The notes under the pieces are model-generated. The model made no database searches. It was not told the DNA's origin and saw only the letters and a list, made by a program, of their open reading frames with translations. Source: an uncultured Candidatus Saccharibacteria bacterium (lineage in GTDB: Bacteria; Patescibacteriota; Saccharimonadia; Saccharimonadales; UBA4665). From it: a DNA stretch of 64,000 bases. This document shows, piece by piece, positions 10,716 to 18,925 of the stretch. Position 1 is the stretch's first letter, and each line of letters starts with the position of its first letter. Where the stretch lies: positions 2,826-66,825 of the forward strand of contig CAZAFC010000001.1 of assembly GCA_964484675.1 (NCBI GenBank), written 5' to 3'. The position numbers and the translations under genes were made by a program.

Positions 10716-12902
10716 ATGGCCAAGCCGAAGATTTTCCGGCCGCACCCCTACCAGCGGGACTGCCTCGATGCTCTGGCGACTGCTCGTAGCAAGGGCAAAA
10801 AGAAAGCGCTCGTTGTCATGGCTACCGGCCTCGGCAAGACGATGGTCTCGGCGTTCGAGATTAAGCGTTTGCTGGAGTTGGCGCCGGGCCGCGTGCTATA
10901 TCTGTGCCACAACAACGACATCCTGCGCCAGGCGCGCAAGACATACGAATCGGTGCTAGGTAAGTCCCGTACCTACGGTTACTTTCACGGCACCGAGAAG
11001 CACATGCACCACGTGGACGTGCTGTTCGCCTCGTTCCAAACGATGGCAACGTGGCGCGAGACGTTCCGCCAGGGCGAGTTCCGCTATGTAATCATCGACG
11101 AAATCCATCACGGCCACGCAGCCACGTTCCGTCCTACAATCGAGTACTTCGAGCCGGACTTCATGGTTGGCCTGACTGCAACGCCAGAACGGACCGACGG
11201 GCTAGACATCACTGAACTGCTCGGGCGGCCGGTCTATGAACTCGGCCTCTTTAAGGCGCTCGCTCTGCGCTATCTGTGCGACGTCGACTACCGCGTCATG
11301 ACCGACGAGATTCAGATGGCCGGCGTGCTGGAGACACCTATCGGCAAGCTCAGCATCGCGTCGCTCAACCGGTCGGTCTTTGTGCCAAAGCGGGACGAAG
11401 AAATCGCCCGGATCATTCAAGAGAAGACAGCAGAAGTCAAAAAGCCTCGGGCCATGATCTTCTGCGCTTCGATCAAGCACGCCGAACGCATGGCCAAGCT
11501 CATGCCACATGCCGTAATCTTGCATTCAGGGCTGAAAGACAAGGAGAAAGGTACTCGACTCGAGCAGTTCCGGAGTGGCGAAGCAAACACGATCCTAACG
11601 GTCGATATGCTCAATGAAGGCATCGACGTGCCCGAGGCCAACGTCATTGTCTTCCTGCGTTCGACCAGCTCCCGTATGGTTTTCCTACAGCAGCTCGGCC
11701 GAGGCCTTCGCAAGGCGCATCGCAAGCTCAAGGTGCTCGTGCTCGACTTCGTGGCCAACTGCGAGCGGTTCGAGATGATCGACCAGCTCCAGCAGGGTGT
11801 GCGCCAAGCGCTCAAATCATCGTCGGCCAAGGCAGAGTCTGAAGTCTATGGCTCGTTGGCCACGCTCACCCTCACGCTCGACGGCAGCAAGTTTGACGAG
11901 CGAGTGTGGGAGCTCACGCGAATTGTCGGCGAAGTTCGAGAGAATTTCCTCGCGAAAAACTCGTACACCAAGGAGGTGCTCTCCAAACAGCTTCTTGCCA
12001 AAGCGAAAGAAATGGGGAGAACGCCAACCGCGCCGGAAGTCGATGCCGACCCGAACATGGCAAGTACCACGGCCTTCTTCAAGGTCTTCAACGCTAAGTG
12101 GAACGACGTGCTGCGAGAGGTTGGGCTGCCCCTGACCCGTCGCATGGATTATACCAAGGCCGAGCTCACGGCGCAGCTGCAGGCCAAGGCTAAGACGTTG
12201 GGGCGGACGCCGTACGGATGGGAAGTTGATAATGACCCGAACATGGCAAGGGTCTCTACTTTTCAGAGAGTATTCAATCTCCTCAAGTGGAACGACGTGC
12301 TGCGAGAGGTTGGGCTGCCCCTGACCCGTCGCATGGATTATACCAAGGCCGAGCTCACGGCGCAGCTGCAGGCCAAGGCTAAGACGTTGGGGCGGACGCC
12401 GAAAGAGACCGAGGTTGAGGCCGACTCCGGAATGGCAAGCGTCAGTTGCTTTCTCAAAACGTTCGACCTCCCTAAATGGAACGATGTAATCCGGGCAGTC
12501 GGTTTGACCCCTACTCAGCCAATGCACACCAAGAAGATGCTCACCGAGCAGCTATTGGCCAAGGCTCAGGAGTTGGGGCGGGCGCCGTATGCAGTTGAGG
12601 TCGAACAGGACCCAGCGATGCCTGCTCGAGGGACGTTCATGAGAGTTTTTAGCACGACCAAGTGGAATGAAATCCTCAAGGAGGCTGGGCTGACGCCGCT
12701 GCGCCGCAAACAGAGAACCTACACGAAGGAGATGCTCACCAAGCAGCTGCAGGCCAAGGCTCAGGAGTTGGGGCGGGCGCCGTATGTCGCTGAGGTCAAA
12801 AGCGATCCGGGCATGGCAAGTTTCACAACATTCCGCGATGTCTTCAACGCTAAGTGGGACGTCATCCTCAAGGAGGCTGGACTGACACCAAACAAGCAGT
12901 AG
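10716..12902 (+). CDS. SF2 DEAD/DEAH-box (ResIII-type) helicase fused to five C-terminal homing-endonuclease-associated-type repeats
   Basis: GGAGAAAGGA SD before ATG 10716 (the ORF-track start at 10587 lacks an SD). Helicase motifs: I VVMATGLGKT, II VIIDEIHH, III GLTATPER, VI QQLGRGLR. The C-terminal half is 5 repeats of ~63 aa. Confidence 0.85.
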   Translation: MAKPKIFRPHPYQRDCLDALATARSKGKKKALVVMATGLGKTMVSAFEIKRLLELAPGRVLYLCHNNDILRQARKTYESVLGKSRTYGYFHGTEKHMHHVDVLFASFQTMATWRETFRQGEFRYVIIDEIHHGHAATFRPTIEYFEPDFMVGLTATPERTDGLDITELLGRPVYELGLFKALALRYLCDVDYRVMTDEIQMAGVLETPIGKLSIASLNRSVFVPKRDEEIARIIQEKTAEVKKPRAMIFCASIKHAERMAKLMPHAVILHSGLKDKEKGTRLEQFRSGEANTILTVDMLNEGIDVPEANVIVFLRSTSSRMVFLQQLGRGLRKAHRKLKVLVLDFVANCERFEMIDQLQQGVRQALKSSSAKAESEVYGSLATLTLTLDGSKFDERVWELTRIVGEVRENFLAKNSYTKEVLSKQLLAKAKEMGRTPTAPEVDADPNMASTTAFFKVFNAKWNDVLREVGLPLTRRMDYTKAELTAQLQAKAKTLGRTPYGWEVDNDPNMARVSTFQRVFNLLKWNDVLREVGLPLTRRMDYTKAELTAQLQAKAKTLGRTPKETEVEADSGMASVSCFLKTFDLPKWNDVIRAVGLTPTQPMHTKKMLTEQLLAKAQELGRAPYAVEVEQDPAMPARGTFMRVFSTTKWNEILKEAGLTPLRRKQRTYTKEMLTKQLQAKAQELGRAPYVAEVKSDPGMASFTTFRDVFNAKWDVILKEAGLTPNKQ
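11964..12899 (+). repeat. Five in-frame tandem coding repeats (186/189/186/195/180 bp)
   Basis: Repeat starts at 11964, 12150, 12339, 12525 and 12720. Consensus YTKexLtxQLqAKAkeLGRtPxxxEVdxDPxMAsxxtFxxvFxxxKWNdvLrEaGL. The segments 12096-12212 and 12285-12401 are 117/117 identical. Confidence 0.9.
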
Positions 12903-12988
12903 CACTCGCAGGCCAGAAGAAGCAACCCGCCACCGGGAGCACATCCCGGGAACCGTTGAGCCGCCCTCTACCAAGAAGGGTGGTTCTC

Positions 12989-13309
12989 ATGACCACATAC
13001 GCCAAGTGTGGCCACTTTATTTTTGCGCTGGACCCTAGCGGGGTCGAGATTAGAGATAAAGGCGCAAACTACCTGCGCTCTCATGATCGTTCGAACACGA
13101 GAGCAAATTACTATGTAATGCCTTCCGGCCGACAGCAAAAGGTCAATCAAAAACAGTCTCCGCGAAGAAGCTGTTTTATACAAATCCTTGATCGACTCGC
13201 TGACACTCGCTTTTTGGCAAGGTTTGGAGTAAGCCGGTCATGGTGGGAGCACTCGAGGCCCTTGCACACCCCTGTAAACCGGCGCGTCGTCTGTTCGAGA
13301 TGGCCGTGA
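12989..13309 (+). CDS. Small basic hypothetical protein
   Basis: Internal ATG of the 12854 ORF, preceded by GAAGGGTGG. Its TGA (13307-13309) overlaps the ATG (13300) of the next gene, which suggests translational coupling. Low-GC 5' part. Confidence 0.35.
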   Translation: MTTYAKCGHFIFALDPSGVEIRDKGANYLRSHDRSNTRANYYVMPSGRQQKVNQKQSPRRSCFIQILDRLADTRFLARFGVSRSWWEHSRPLHTPVNRRVVCSRWP

Positions 13310-13698
13310 CGTGGCCGGATGATTTGGACAATGGTGCCACTCGTCCGTCTTCAACGTATCGCACGGCTCGCCCGCTTCGACCTTCTGATGTCGACGGCCT
13401 TGTCGACGCCTACCGAGCCGGAACGAACGTGACAGGCCTCGCGGCTCAGTTCGGCATCCACCGTGAAACGGCTGGCAAGTACCTCCAAGCTCGAGGCATC
13501 GACACACGTGACATCGGCTTTGGCCCTGAGAAAGTCCAGGAAGCTGCCGAGCTCTACCGCGAAGGGTGGTCGCTGGCTCGACTCGAGGAGAAGTACGGCG
13601 TCGACGACATGACCGTACGGGCCCGGCTGTTGGAGATCGGAGTCGTGATGCGGGCGAGGAGGGGCGGCCGAAGGAGCGTACGGCAGCCCAAACCGTAG
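13300..13698 (+). CDS. Two-HTH DNA-binding protein resembling the C-terminal HTH extension of actinobacterial serine recombinases/resolvases (no catalytic domain)
   Basis: Two tandem helix-turn-helix units: LVDAYRAGTNVTGLAAQFGIHRETAGKYLQARGI and AAELYREGWSLARLEEKYGVDDMTVRARLLEIGV. High GC. The start could also be 13240. Confidence 0.5.
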   Translation: MAVTWPDDLDNGATRPSSTYRTARPLRPSDVDGLVDAYRAGTNVTGLAAQFGIHRETAGKYLQARGIDTRDIGFGPEKVQEAAELYREGWSLARLEEKYGVDDMTVRARLLEIGVVMRARRGGRRSVRQPKP

Positions 13699-13714
13699 TT
13701 CGTGCAACTAGAAA

Positions 13715-14182
13715 TCAACTGTTTTGATTATGGACGCTGACCCACAACTCAACCCATTCGATTTTGGCAGCGAGGTCGCGCCGAAAATCGTCAGTATGCC
13801 AATACTTATCAAATAAAACCCTTACGTCTTTTGATTCCGTATTAGAACCATACTGGCATGCCTGACGCAATTCAGATAGCTGATGGCCGGTGCTAAACTC
13901 AATCGTTCGAGCCGGCGTACCCGAAGGGCCAACGATCGTGCGAAAAATAGCAGGTGCGCCCTTGAACTTAGCGGCGTGGTCTTTGTGAAGCTTACCATCT
14001 AGAAGCTCATCACGTGCCCAGGCAGCCAGCTCTCCATCTGCAAGCGCTATATTCTCCCAGCTGGTCAGTAGCAAGAGAATCTCGACTGCATAATTTGTTG
14101 GTGACGGAAATTTCGTCGCGGCATCGAAATAGAGCCGAGCGTTTGCGATGTAGTGTTCTATTGAGTCTGGCATTTTGGCCAT
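13715..14182 (-). CDS. Hypothetical protein, weak AbiV/HEPN-like resemblance
   Basis: 155-aa ORF of normal composition. N-terminal IEHYIANARLYFDAA...AVEILLLLTSWENIAL and KLHKDHAAKF recall AbiV-family helices, by memory only. Confidence 0.55.
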   Translation of the reverse strand: MAKMPDSIEHYIANARLYFDAATKFPSPTNYAVEILLLLTSWENIALADGELAAWARDELLDGKLHKDHAAKFKGAPAIFRTIVGPSGTPARTIEFSTGHQLSELRQACQYGSNTESKDVRVLFDKYWHTDDFRRDLAAKIEWVELWVSVHNQNS

Positions 14183-14263
14183 GATAACCTCTCTTGCTTA
14201 TTCTTGCGGCATAAAAAATAGCCCCAGAGATGGGGCTATCCGCTGGGATTTGTTATACGCTCC

Positions 14264-14731
14264 TCACATTCCGCTGTCAAGCAGATCACTCTTAGCTTTC
14301 TGCACGTCAGAGATGTTCGCACCACGCCCCTTCTCCGCCCGCCCCACATGCAACAACGCCCGAGCAAGCTTCCGGTAATCAGGCTCAGGCAACATGAGCG
14401 CGCGAACACGCACATCGCCGGTCTTCTTGCGCTTGGTGTCTTGTGGAGCGGCTGCAGTTGCGGCTTGGCGTACGGCAAGTTCAAGAAGCGCATGTTCAAG
14501 ATGTTTCAGTGCTCGGCCGGCGCGTTGCGGGAGGCTTGGGTCAGCAGCCGATATTGCTTTGCGGTGCGCGATCAAGGTTTGGTCGGAGAGTTCGCGGCTG
14601 GGCTGGAAGTACTTGTGGAGATCCCACTGCTCGGTTGACGAAAGGTAGCCGAACGGGCTTACCTCTTCTCGCCAATGGGCTCGAAGCATTTGGTGGATAC
14701 GTAAATAGTCTGGGTTTGTGAGTCTTGGCAC
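14264..14731 (-). CDS. Hypothetical protein
   Basis: 155-aa ORF (MPRLTNPDYLRIHQMLRAHWREE...). No motif recognised. Same strand as 13715-14182. Confidence 0.5.
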   Translation of the reverse strand: MPRLTNPDYLRIHQMLRAHWREEVSPFGYLSSTEQWDLHKYFQPSRELSDQTLIAHRKAISAADPSLPQRAGRALKHLEHALLELAVRQAATAAAPQDTKRKKTGDVRVRALMLPEPDYRKLARALLHVGRAEKGRGANISDVQKAKSDLLDSGM

Positions 14732-14839
14732 CTGGATGGAATATTACCCCCCCCCGGAAGTTAGCAAGCAATGGTGAGGGCCATCGGTACTTGTCACCCC
14801 TAGTGAGGCTACGCCACAAACTATGTACCGATGCAAGAA

Positions 14840-14864
14840 GGAAGTTGGATTCGAACCCAAGAAC
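14840..14864 (-). pseudogene. tRNA 3'-half-like remnant (degenerate T-arm)
   Basis: The reverse complement reads GTTCTTGGGTTCGAATCCAACTTCC. The GTTCGAATC T-loop is present, but only 3 of 5 T-stem pairs form and no matching 5' half exists. Confidence 0.3.
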
Positions 14865-14916
14865 AGAGAACGAAACGGCGTGCTCACTACAGCACTTGGT
14901 GTACCGACGAACACAA

Positions 14917-14954
14917 AGAGGCCGTCACATTGCTGTGACGGCCTCTGTTATTTT
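14917..14954. terminator. Bidirectional intrinsic terminator
   Basis: AGAGGCCGTCACA / TGTGACGGCCTCT 13-bp stem with a TTGC loop. GTTATTTT follows on the plus strand and TTTGTGTT on the minus strand, downstream of tRNA-Val. A second small hairpin, ATGAAACAT/ATGTTTCAT, lies at 14958-14979. Confidence 0.6.
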
Positions 14955-14983
14955 GCGGATGAAACATGAAAATGTTTCATGTT

Positions 14984-15060
14984 TGGTGGGTGATGAGGGA
15001 CTCGAACCCCCGACCCTCTCGGTGTAAACGAGATGCTCTAGCCAACTGAGCTAATCACCC
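14984..15060 (-). tRNA. tRNA-Val (anticodon TAC), CCA encoded
   Basis: The reverse complement GGGTGATTAGCTCAGTTGGCTAGAGCATCTCGTTTACACCGAGAGGGTCGGGGGTTCGAGTCCCTCATCACCCACCA folds into a canonical cloverleaf with anticodon loop TTTACAC. Confidence 0.95.
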
Positions 15061-15198
15061 GATAAAATCGTCGGCGCTCATGCGCCGCTTAAAGCCTATT
15101 ATAGCCGAAAAAGCGCTGTTGTCGAGAGCAAAAGCGCCAGACGCACCGCCGGAATTGTCGCGCGCTCGATTCGCATGTCTCGATCGGCACGTTTTCAA

Positions 15199-15228
15199 TT
15201 GAACAAACGCCCCGCGCCGAGGTACACT
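15199..15228 (+). promoter_or_regulatory. Sigma-70-type promoter, leaderless geometry
   Basis: TTGAAC (15199-15204), 18-nt spacer, TACACT (15223-15228), then exactly 6 nt to ATG 15235. Confidence 0.4.
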
Positions 15229-15234
15229 AGCATC

Positions 15235-15951
15235 ATGCAACTCGACAAAGTCAAGCGCCTGTTGGCCCTGTACGAGCAAGGTCTGATTCCGACGCTCCAC
15301 AAGCACGAGGTGAATCCTGGCCTGCCGCTTGCCAGCCGCGAGAATTATCTGTACTTCACACTGCCAGTGTGTATTAATTTTCAGCGCAGCTCACCCGCCA
15401 TGTGGGCCAGCGCACTTGCGACGTACGAGGATGCCGCCACGCAGTATGTATTCTTCCCCGAGGAACTGGCCGCGCGTCCGATGGAGCAGATTCGTGCCGA
15501 CCTTACCAAGCACAAGCTGGCGCTGCAGCCCAACAAACACGTGCTCATCTGGACGACCATTGCGGCGACGCTGCACGAGTTTTATGAAGACGATCCGCGG
15601 GCGATACTTGCCGAAGCCGACAGCGACGCGGGCCAGCTGATCCGCCTGCTGCAAACCACGCACAAGCAGCGTTTTCCGTACTTAAGCGGGCCTAAGCTGT
15701 CGAATTATTGGCCGTATATTTTGTCGCACTACACCGACGCGCAATTCCAGAACGCTCATGAAATCTCGATCATTCCCGATACGCACGTCATCCAAAGCAG
15801 CGAGCAGCTCGGCTTGACTGAGGCGGGTGCCACGCCGTTGCAAGTCGAAGCCGCGTGGCGCGAGCTACTGAGTGGCAGCGGTATCAGCCCGTCGCAGGTT
15901 CATCCGGTTTTGTGGCATTGGAGCCGCAACAAATTCCAGCCGGAAGTCTAA
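15235..15951 (+). CDS. Hypothetical protein, possible HhH-type (GPD-like) fold
   Basis: The internal ATG at 15235 is preferred over 15175 because of the promoter geometry. The segment RFPYLSGPKLSNYWPYIL resembles the HhH/GPK loop of DNA glycosylase-like proteins, a weak call. Confidence 0.55.
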   Translation: MQLDKVKRLLALYEQGLIPTLHKHEVNPGLPLASRENYLYFTLPVCINFQRSSPAMWASALATYEDAATQYVFFPEELAARPMEQIRADLTKHKLALQPNKHVLIWTTIAATLHEFYEDDPRAILAEADSDAGQLIRLLQTTHKQRFPYLSGPKLSNYWPYILSHYTDAQFQNAHEISIIPDTHVIQSSEQLGLTEAGATPLQVEAAWRELLSGSGISPSQVHPVLWHWSRNKFQPEV

Positions 15952-16050
15952 ATCTCAGCCCGACCAAGCTGCGCGCAGGCCACGGACCTAAAGCTCCTCA
16001 AAACCGCGCGGATATTTGACAAGGCCCGCGCGAGCAGATTAAATACAAGC

Positions 16051-16455
16051 ATGAATCCAGACCCACCACGCGGCATTGTGGACGCGCCAGCACCACAAGC
16101 CGTCACGCCGCAATATGAGTATGTCGGCCCAGAGGTGCAGATCGGCGCCGGTCGCCTAGGCGTCAAGCCACTCGCGCAGCACGGCACGATAATTATCAAC
16201 GCAGGCCAGTTGTGGCTGCTCGGCAGCCAAGAACAAGTCATCGCACAAGCGCCGCTGGCCGAATGCACCGTTACCAAAGGCCCCTGGTTTACATTTGGAC
16301 AGCTTGCATGGCTGACGGTACGCGGCGAACGCTACTCGATCGCCGTCGGTCACGGCAAAACGCTCGGCCACAAAGCCCGCAAAGGCGTTTTCGTCACCCG
16401 TGCATACACCAAGGCATTTCTCGAAGCTTTTGCTCGACTCAGCGGCAAAGCTTAG
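16051..16455 (+). CDS. Hypothetical protein
   Basis: 134-aa ORF with GC3-rich codon usage. No motif recognised. Confidence 0.5.
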   Translation: MNPDPPRGIVDAPAPQAVTPQYEYVGPEVQIGAGRLGVKPLAQHGTIIINAGQLWLLGSQEQVIAQAPLAECTVTKGPWFTFGQLAWLTVRGERYSIAVGHGKTLGHKARKGVFVTRAYTKAFLEAFARLSGKA

Positions 16456-16525
16456 CCACCTTCAAGCCGCTTGCGTACAGGCATATCTTTGGCGCCTCTA
16501 GGCTGCTCCGCTACAGACGCTCGAG

Positions 16526-17230
16526 TCAGGCCGGCTGGCCGACATATTCAACTCGCAGCCGCAGGTCATCCGGCGTGCCGTCGGCCACAATCAGCGTTGT
16601 TGAGCACGGAGTAATGGCCTCCGTCTTGAGCATCCGATCGTTGAGCTCGAGTGGGTCAAGCTGATGCGGATCAATGGCGCGGTGCGGCATCATTCTGACG
16701 GCAGCCACCAGACCCTTGATGGCGCTGTGGTGGCCGACGACAAACACTTTTTGCGACGGCGCAGATTCGGCACGAAGCGAGGCCATAAAGTTGAGCTCGC
16801 ATTGAACGACTTCATTCAATGATTGTCCGCCGATGCCCTCGGCGTTGACTCCCGGATGTCGCACATTGGCGCCCTCTGCCGCATAGCGGGCCAGCATCTC
16901 GGGAGTATACACCTCTGTTCTGAGGCGCCCTTCGCTTCCGCCGAGGCATTGCTCGTCGAGCCACGAATCCTGAATAACGTCGAGCTGCCTTGGGAGAGTT
17001 AATCTTCCGAGCACCGTTTCTGCCGTCTGCAACGCACGCGTCAGCGACGACGAAAAAGCTCGCTCGGGCCGGTATTTTCTTGTTTCGAGCCCTTGCCCGG
17101 CTCGATCTGCCTCTGCAAAACCTTCCGGAATCAGGCTCGCATAGGCCGCGCGGCCAGCAACGCGGTCGTGGTTTGGCGGCTGCATGTGCGACCCCGTCGC
17201 GTGCCGCATGAATAAAAATTCTGTAGACAT
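16526..17230 (-). CDS. Histidine phosphatase (phosphoglycerate mutase-like) family protein
   Basis: LFMRHATGSH (RHG-type motif) and VFVVGHHSAIKGL (second catalytic His). Start placed at MSTEF (17230), with TATAGT 7 nt upstream. Confidence 0.8.
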   Translation of the reverse strand: MSTEFLFMRHATGSHMQPPNHDRVAGRAAYASLIPEGFAEADRAGQGLETRKYRPERAFSSSLTRALQTAETVLGRLTLPRQLDVIQDSWLDEQCLGGSEGRLRTEVYTPEMLARYAAEGANVRHPGVNAEGIGGQSLNEVVQCELNFMASLRAESAPSQKVFVVGHHSAIKGLVAAVRMMPHRAIDPHQLDPLELNDRMLKTEAITPCSTTLIVADGTPDDLRLRVEYVGQPA

Positions 17231-17374
17231 TTTATGTACTATACAATGCGGGCCGCGAATTACCAATCAGCTTGTTCACTAATCGTGCGTGATTGGATCA
17301 AGCCAATCCCACTGAGGCATGGCAAAGCACCAAGTTGGCCGCGACCGCCCGCGTAACTCGCCGAAAGTTGATGC

Positions 17375-17938
17375 ATGGGATACAATGGAGTAATGCGCGA
17401 GAGATCGCCCCAAACACTCAGCGAAACTGATCGGCGGCTTGTGGCCGCTTGGGCTGCCGATTGTGTGGAGCGAGTGCTGGAATTATTTGAAGCTGAACTG
17501 CCCGGCGACGGCCGGCCCGGCGCGCTCATTGCCCGTACGCGCGCATTTGCTCGGGGAGAACTGAGCACTGCCGAGGGAATCCGCCGTCGATTCGCCGGTG
17601 GCGTTGCGGCCGGCGACGCAAAGACTCCCGCTGCAATCGCCGTTGCCCGAGCCGCTAGCCAAGGGGCGGCCATCTGCCACATGGGCGCGCACGCGCTTGG
17701 CGCCGCTGCATATGCCGCCAAGGCCGCTGGACTCGCAAGCTCAGACCAATCAGAAGTCGCCAGAGACGAGATTCGCTGGCAGCTCGGGCATATGTCGCCT
17801 GAGGTTCGAGCTGCCTTACGCACAATCCCGCCCGTTGGCGAAAATCGCTCAGGCCCACTCGGTCCCGGCATGGTTACGAACCAGGTCGGCTCCATTATCC
17901 GCGAATTGCAAGCTGGCCTCGCCCAGACCGAGCGCTAA
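17375..17938 (+). CDS. Imm-5-like putative immunity protein
   Basis: LSETDRRLVAAWAADCVERVLELFE... followed by Ala-rich helices, like the actinobacterial family often mislabelled as exonuclease SbcC (memory-based). About 67% GC. An alternative start at ATG 17393 has TACAAT 6 nt upstream. Confidence 0.55.
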   Translation: MGYNGVMRERSPQTLSETDRRLVAAWAADCVERVLELFEAELPGDGRPGALIARTRAFARGELSTAEGIRRRFAGGVAAGDAKTPAAIAVARAASQGAAICHMGAHALGAAAYAAKAAGLASSDQSEVARDEIRWQLGHMSPEVRAALRTIPPVGENRSGPLGPGMVTNQVGSIIRELQAGLAQTER

Positions 17939-18002
17939 GGATACGCCAACTACCGACCCAAGCAGTTACTGGTAGCGGCAAGGCTCTTCTTGTCTGGGCA
18001 AT

Positions 18003-18326
18003 TTATCGCAGTACGGCGAACACCATGACGCGCTGCATGAAATGCGTCTGGCTGCCGTCGAGCTTGCCGGTGCAGGTTATCAGGTTCAGTCCAGATCGCC
18101 CGGCTTGGATGGGAGTAAGCGCCGCCGCCATGTCGACATTATCCGCGTCGTACGTTTTGCTGGTCACGACGGCGTATGTCAACACTTTGCCATCGCCTCG
18201 AGTGATACTAATTACATCTCCAGGCAGCAAGTTCTTAATCGCGTAAAAGACACCATGTTGGGTCGGGCCAGACACATGCCCGTCGATGAGAGTGTGACTA
18301 GGAATCTCGTTTATCCGGCTTTTCGC
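18003..18326 (-). pseudogene. 5'-truncated sortase (class E/F-like) remnant
   Basis: The open frame reads ...LIDGHVSGPTQHGVFYAIKNLLPGD...LNLITCTG...QRVMVFAVL, retaining catalytic His, Cys and Arg. The frame stops at the stop codon of the neighbouring gene (18327-18329). The signal/TM segment and the first beta-strands are missing. Confidence 0.6.
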
Positions 18327-18845
18327 CTAAACCATATCATCAAACTCATGCTTTTTAAAGCCGTCTAAGACCGCTCCTATTTCTTCCCTAGTGAAGAATT
18401 CCCATGGACCGGTCGGGTCGGACCCATCTCGAAGGGCAACTATAAAAGTGCCTTCGCCCTCAATGCGAGCCAGCTGTACTCCCGCATTCGGGTTCTCTAA
18501 CCCTTGCTCCTCACTAGATTTCCACTTAAGGCCATCTAGATCGGCCTGAGCTACAACTCGGCCTATTAACTTCCTCGCATTCTGGCGATTGCGAATTTCA
18601 GCTTTAGTGTATTTCGTTGGATCGTCCAGCGGTTCCTGGCTCGGTAAGGGGGTTGCTTCTGTCATTGTCTCCATAATACCATGCTGCCTTGAGGCGTCCA
18701 GGATCACGCGCAAATTTTCATATTCGCCGCAAATAAATTCCCACGAACCTGCCACGCTATAATGCAGCACGTCGACCTGTCGCGGAACACTATAGAACCT
18801 AGTTTGGTTTGATGTACGAAAGGCTACCTGATCTTGGATGGACAT
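18327..18845 (-). CDS. DUF397-like domain protein (possibly two tandem copies)
   Basis: The C-terminus LKWKSSEEQGLENPNAGVQLARIEGEGTFIVALRDGSDPTGPWEFFTREEIGAVLDGFKKHEFD matches the DUF397 pattern (W.KSS...VEVA...VRDSKDP.GP.L.F...EW.AF..GVK.GEFD). Low GC. Confidence 0.6.
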   Translation of the reverse strand: MSIQDQVAFRTSNQTRFYSVPRQVDVLHYSVAGSWEFICGEYENLRVILDASRQHGIMETMTEATPLPSQEPLDDPTKYTKAEIRNRQNARKLIGRVVAQADLDGLKWKSSEEQGLENPNAGVQLARIEGEGTFIVALRDGSDPTGPWEFFTREEIGAVLDGFKKHEFDDMV

Positions 18846-18925
18846 ACTGCAACGGAAAAATAGATATCATTGAACCCGAGATTGAAGAGGGCGATTATCA
18901 TGAAACAAGCTAGTACGTCGCAGAC

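Noticed and set aside
12096-12401. 117-bp perfect repeat as a non-coding tandem repeat or CRISPR-like unit
   Set aside because: The period is exactly 63 codons, it is in frame within a long ORF, and it encodes a recognisable protein repeat. No spacer-repeat architecture is present.
11817-12974. Minus-strand ORFs 11817-12527 and 12552-12974 with internal repeats
   Set aside because: Their repeats are only the antisense image of the helicase C-terminal repeats. The plus frame carries the conserved LGRTP...KWN motif.
14741-14800. Possible SRP (4.5S) RNA: CCCCCCCCGGAAGTTAGCAAGCAATGGTGAGGG resembles the GGAA-tetraloop / AGCA domain IV motif
   Set aside because: The nucleotides flanking GGAA cannot form the required closing helix, and the symmetric-loop spacing is wrong. 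Left as unexplained sequence pending an Rfam scan.
17260-17895. 211-aa minus-strand ORF
   Set aside because: It is a Ser/Ala/Pro-rich shadow of the Imm5-like plus-strand gene.
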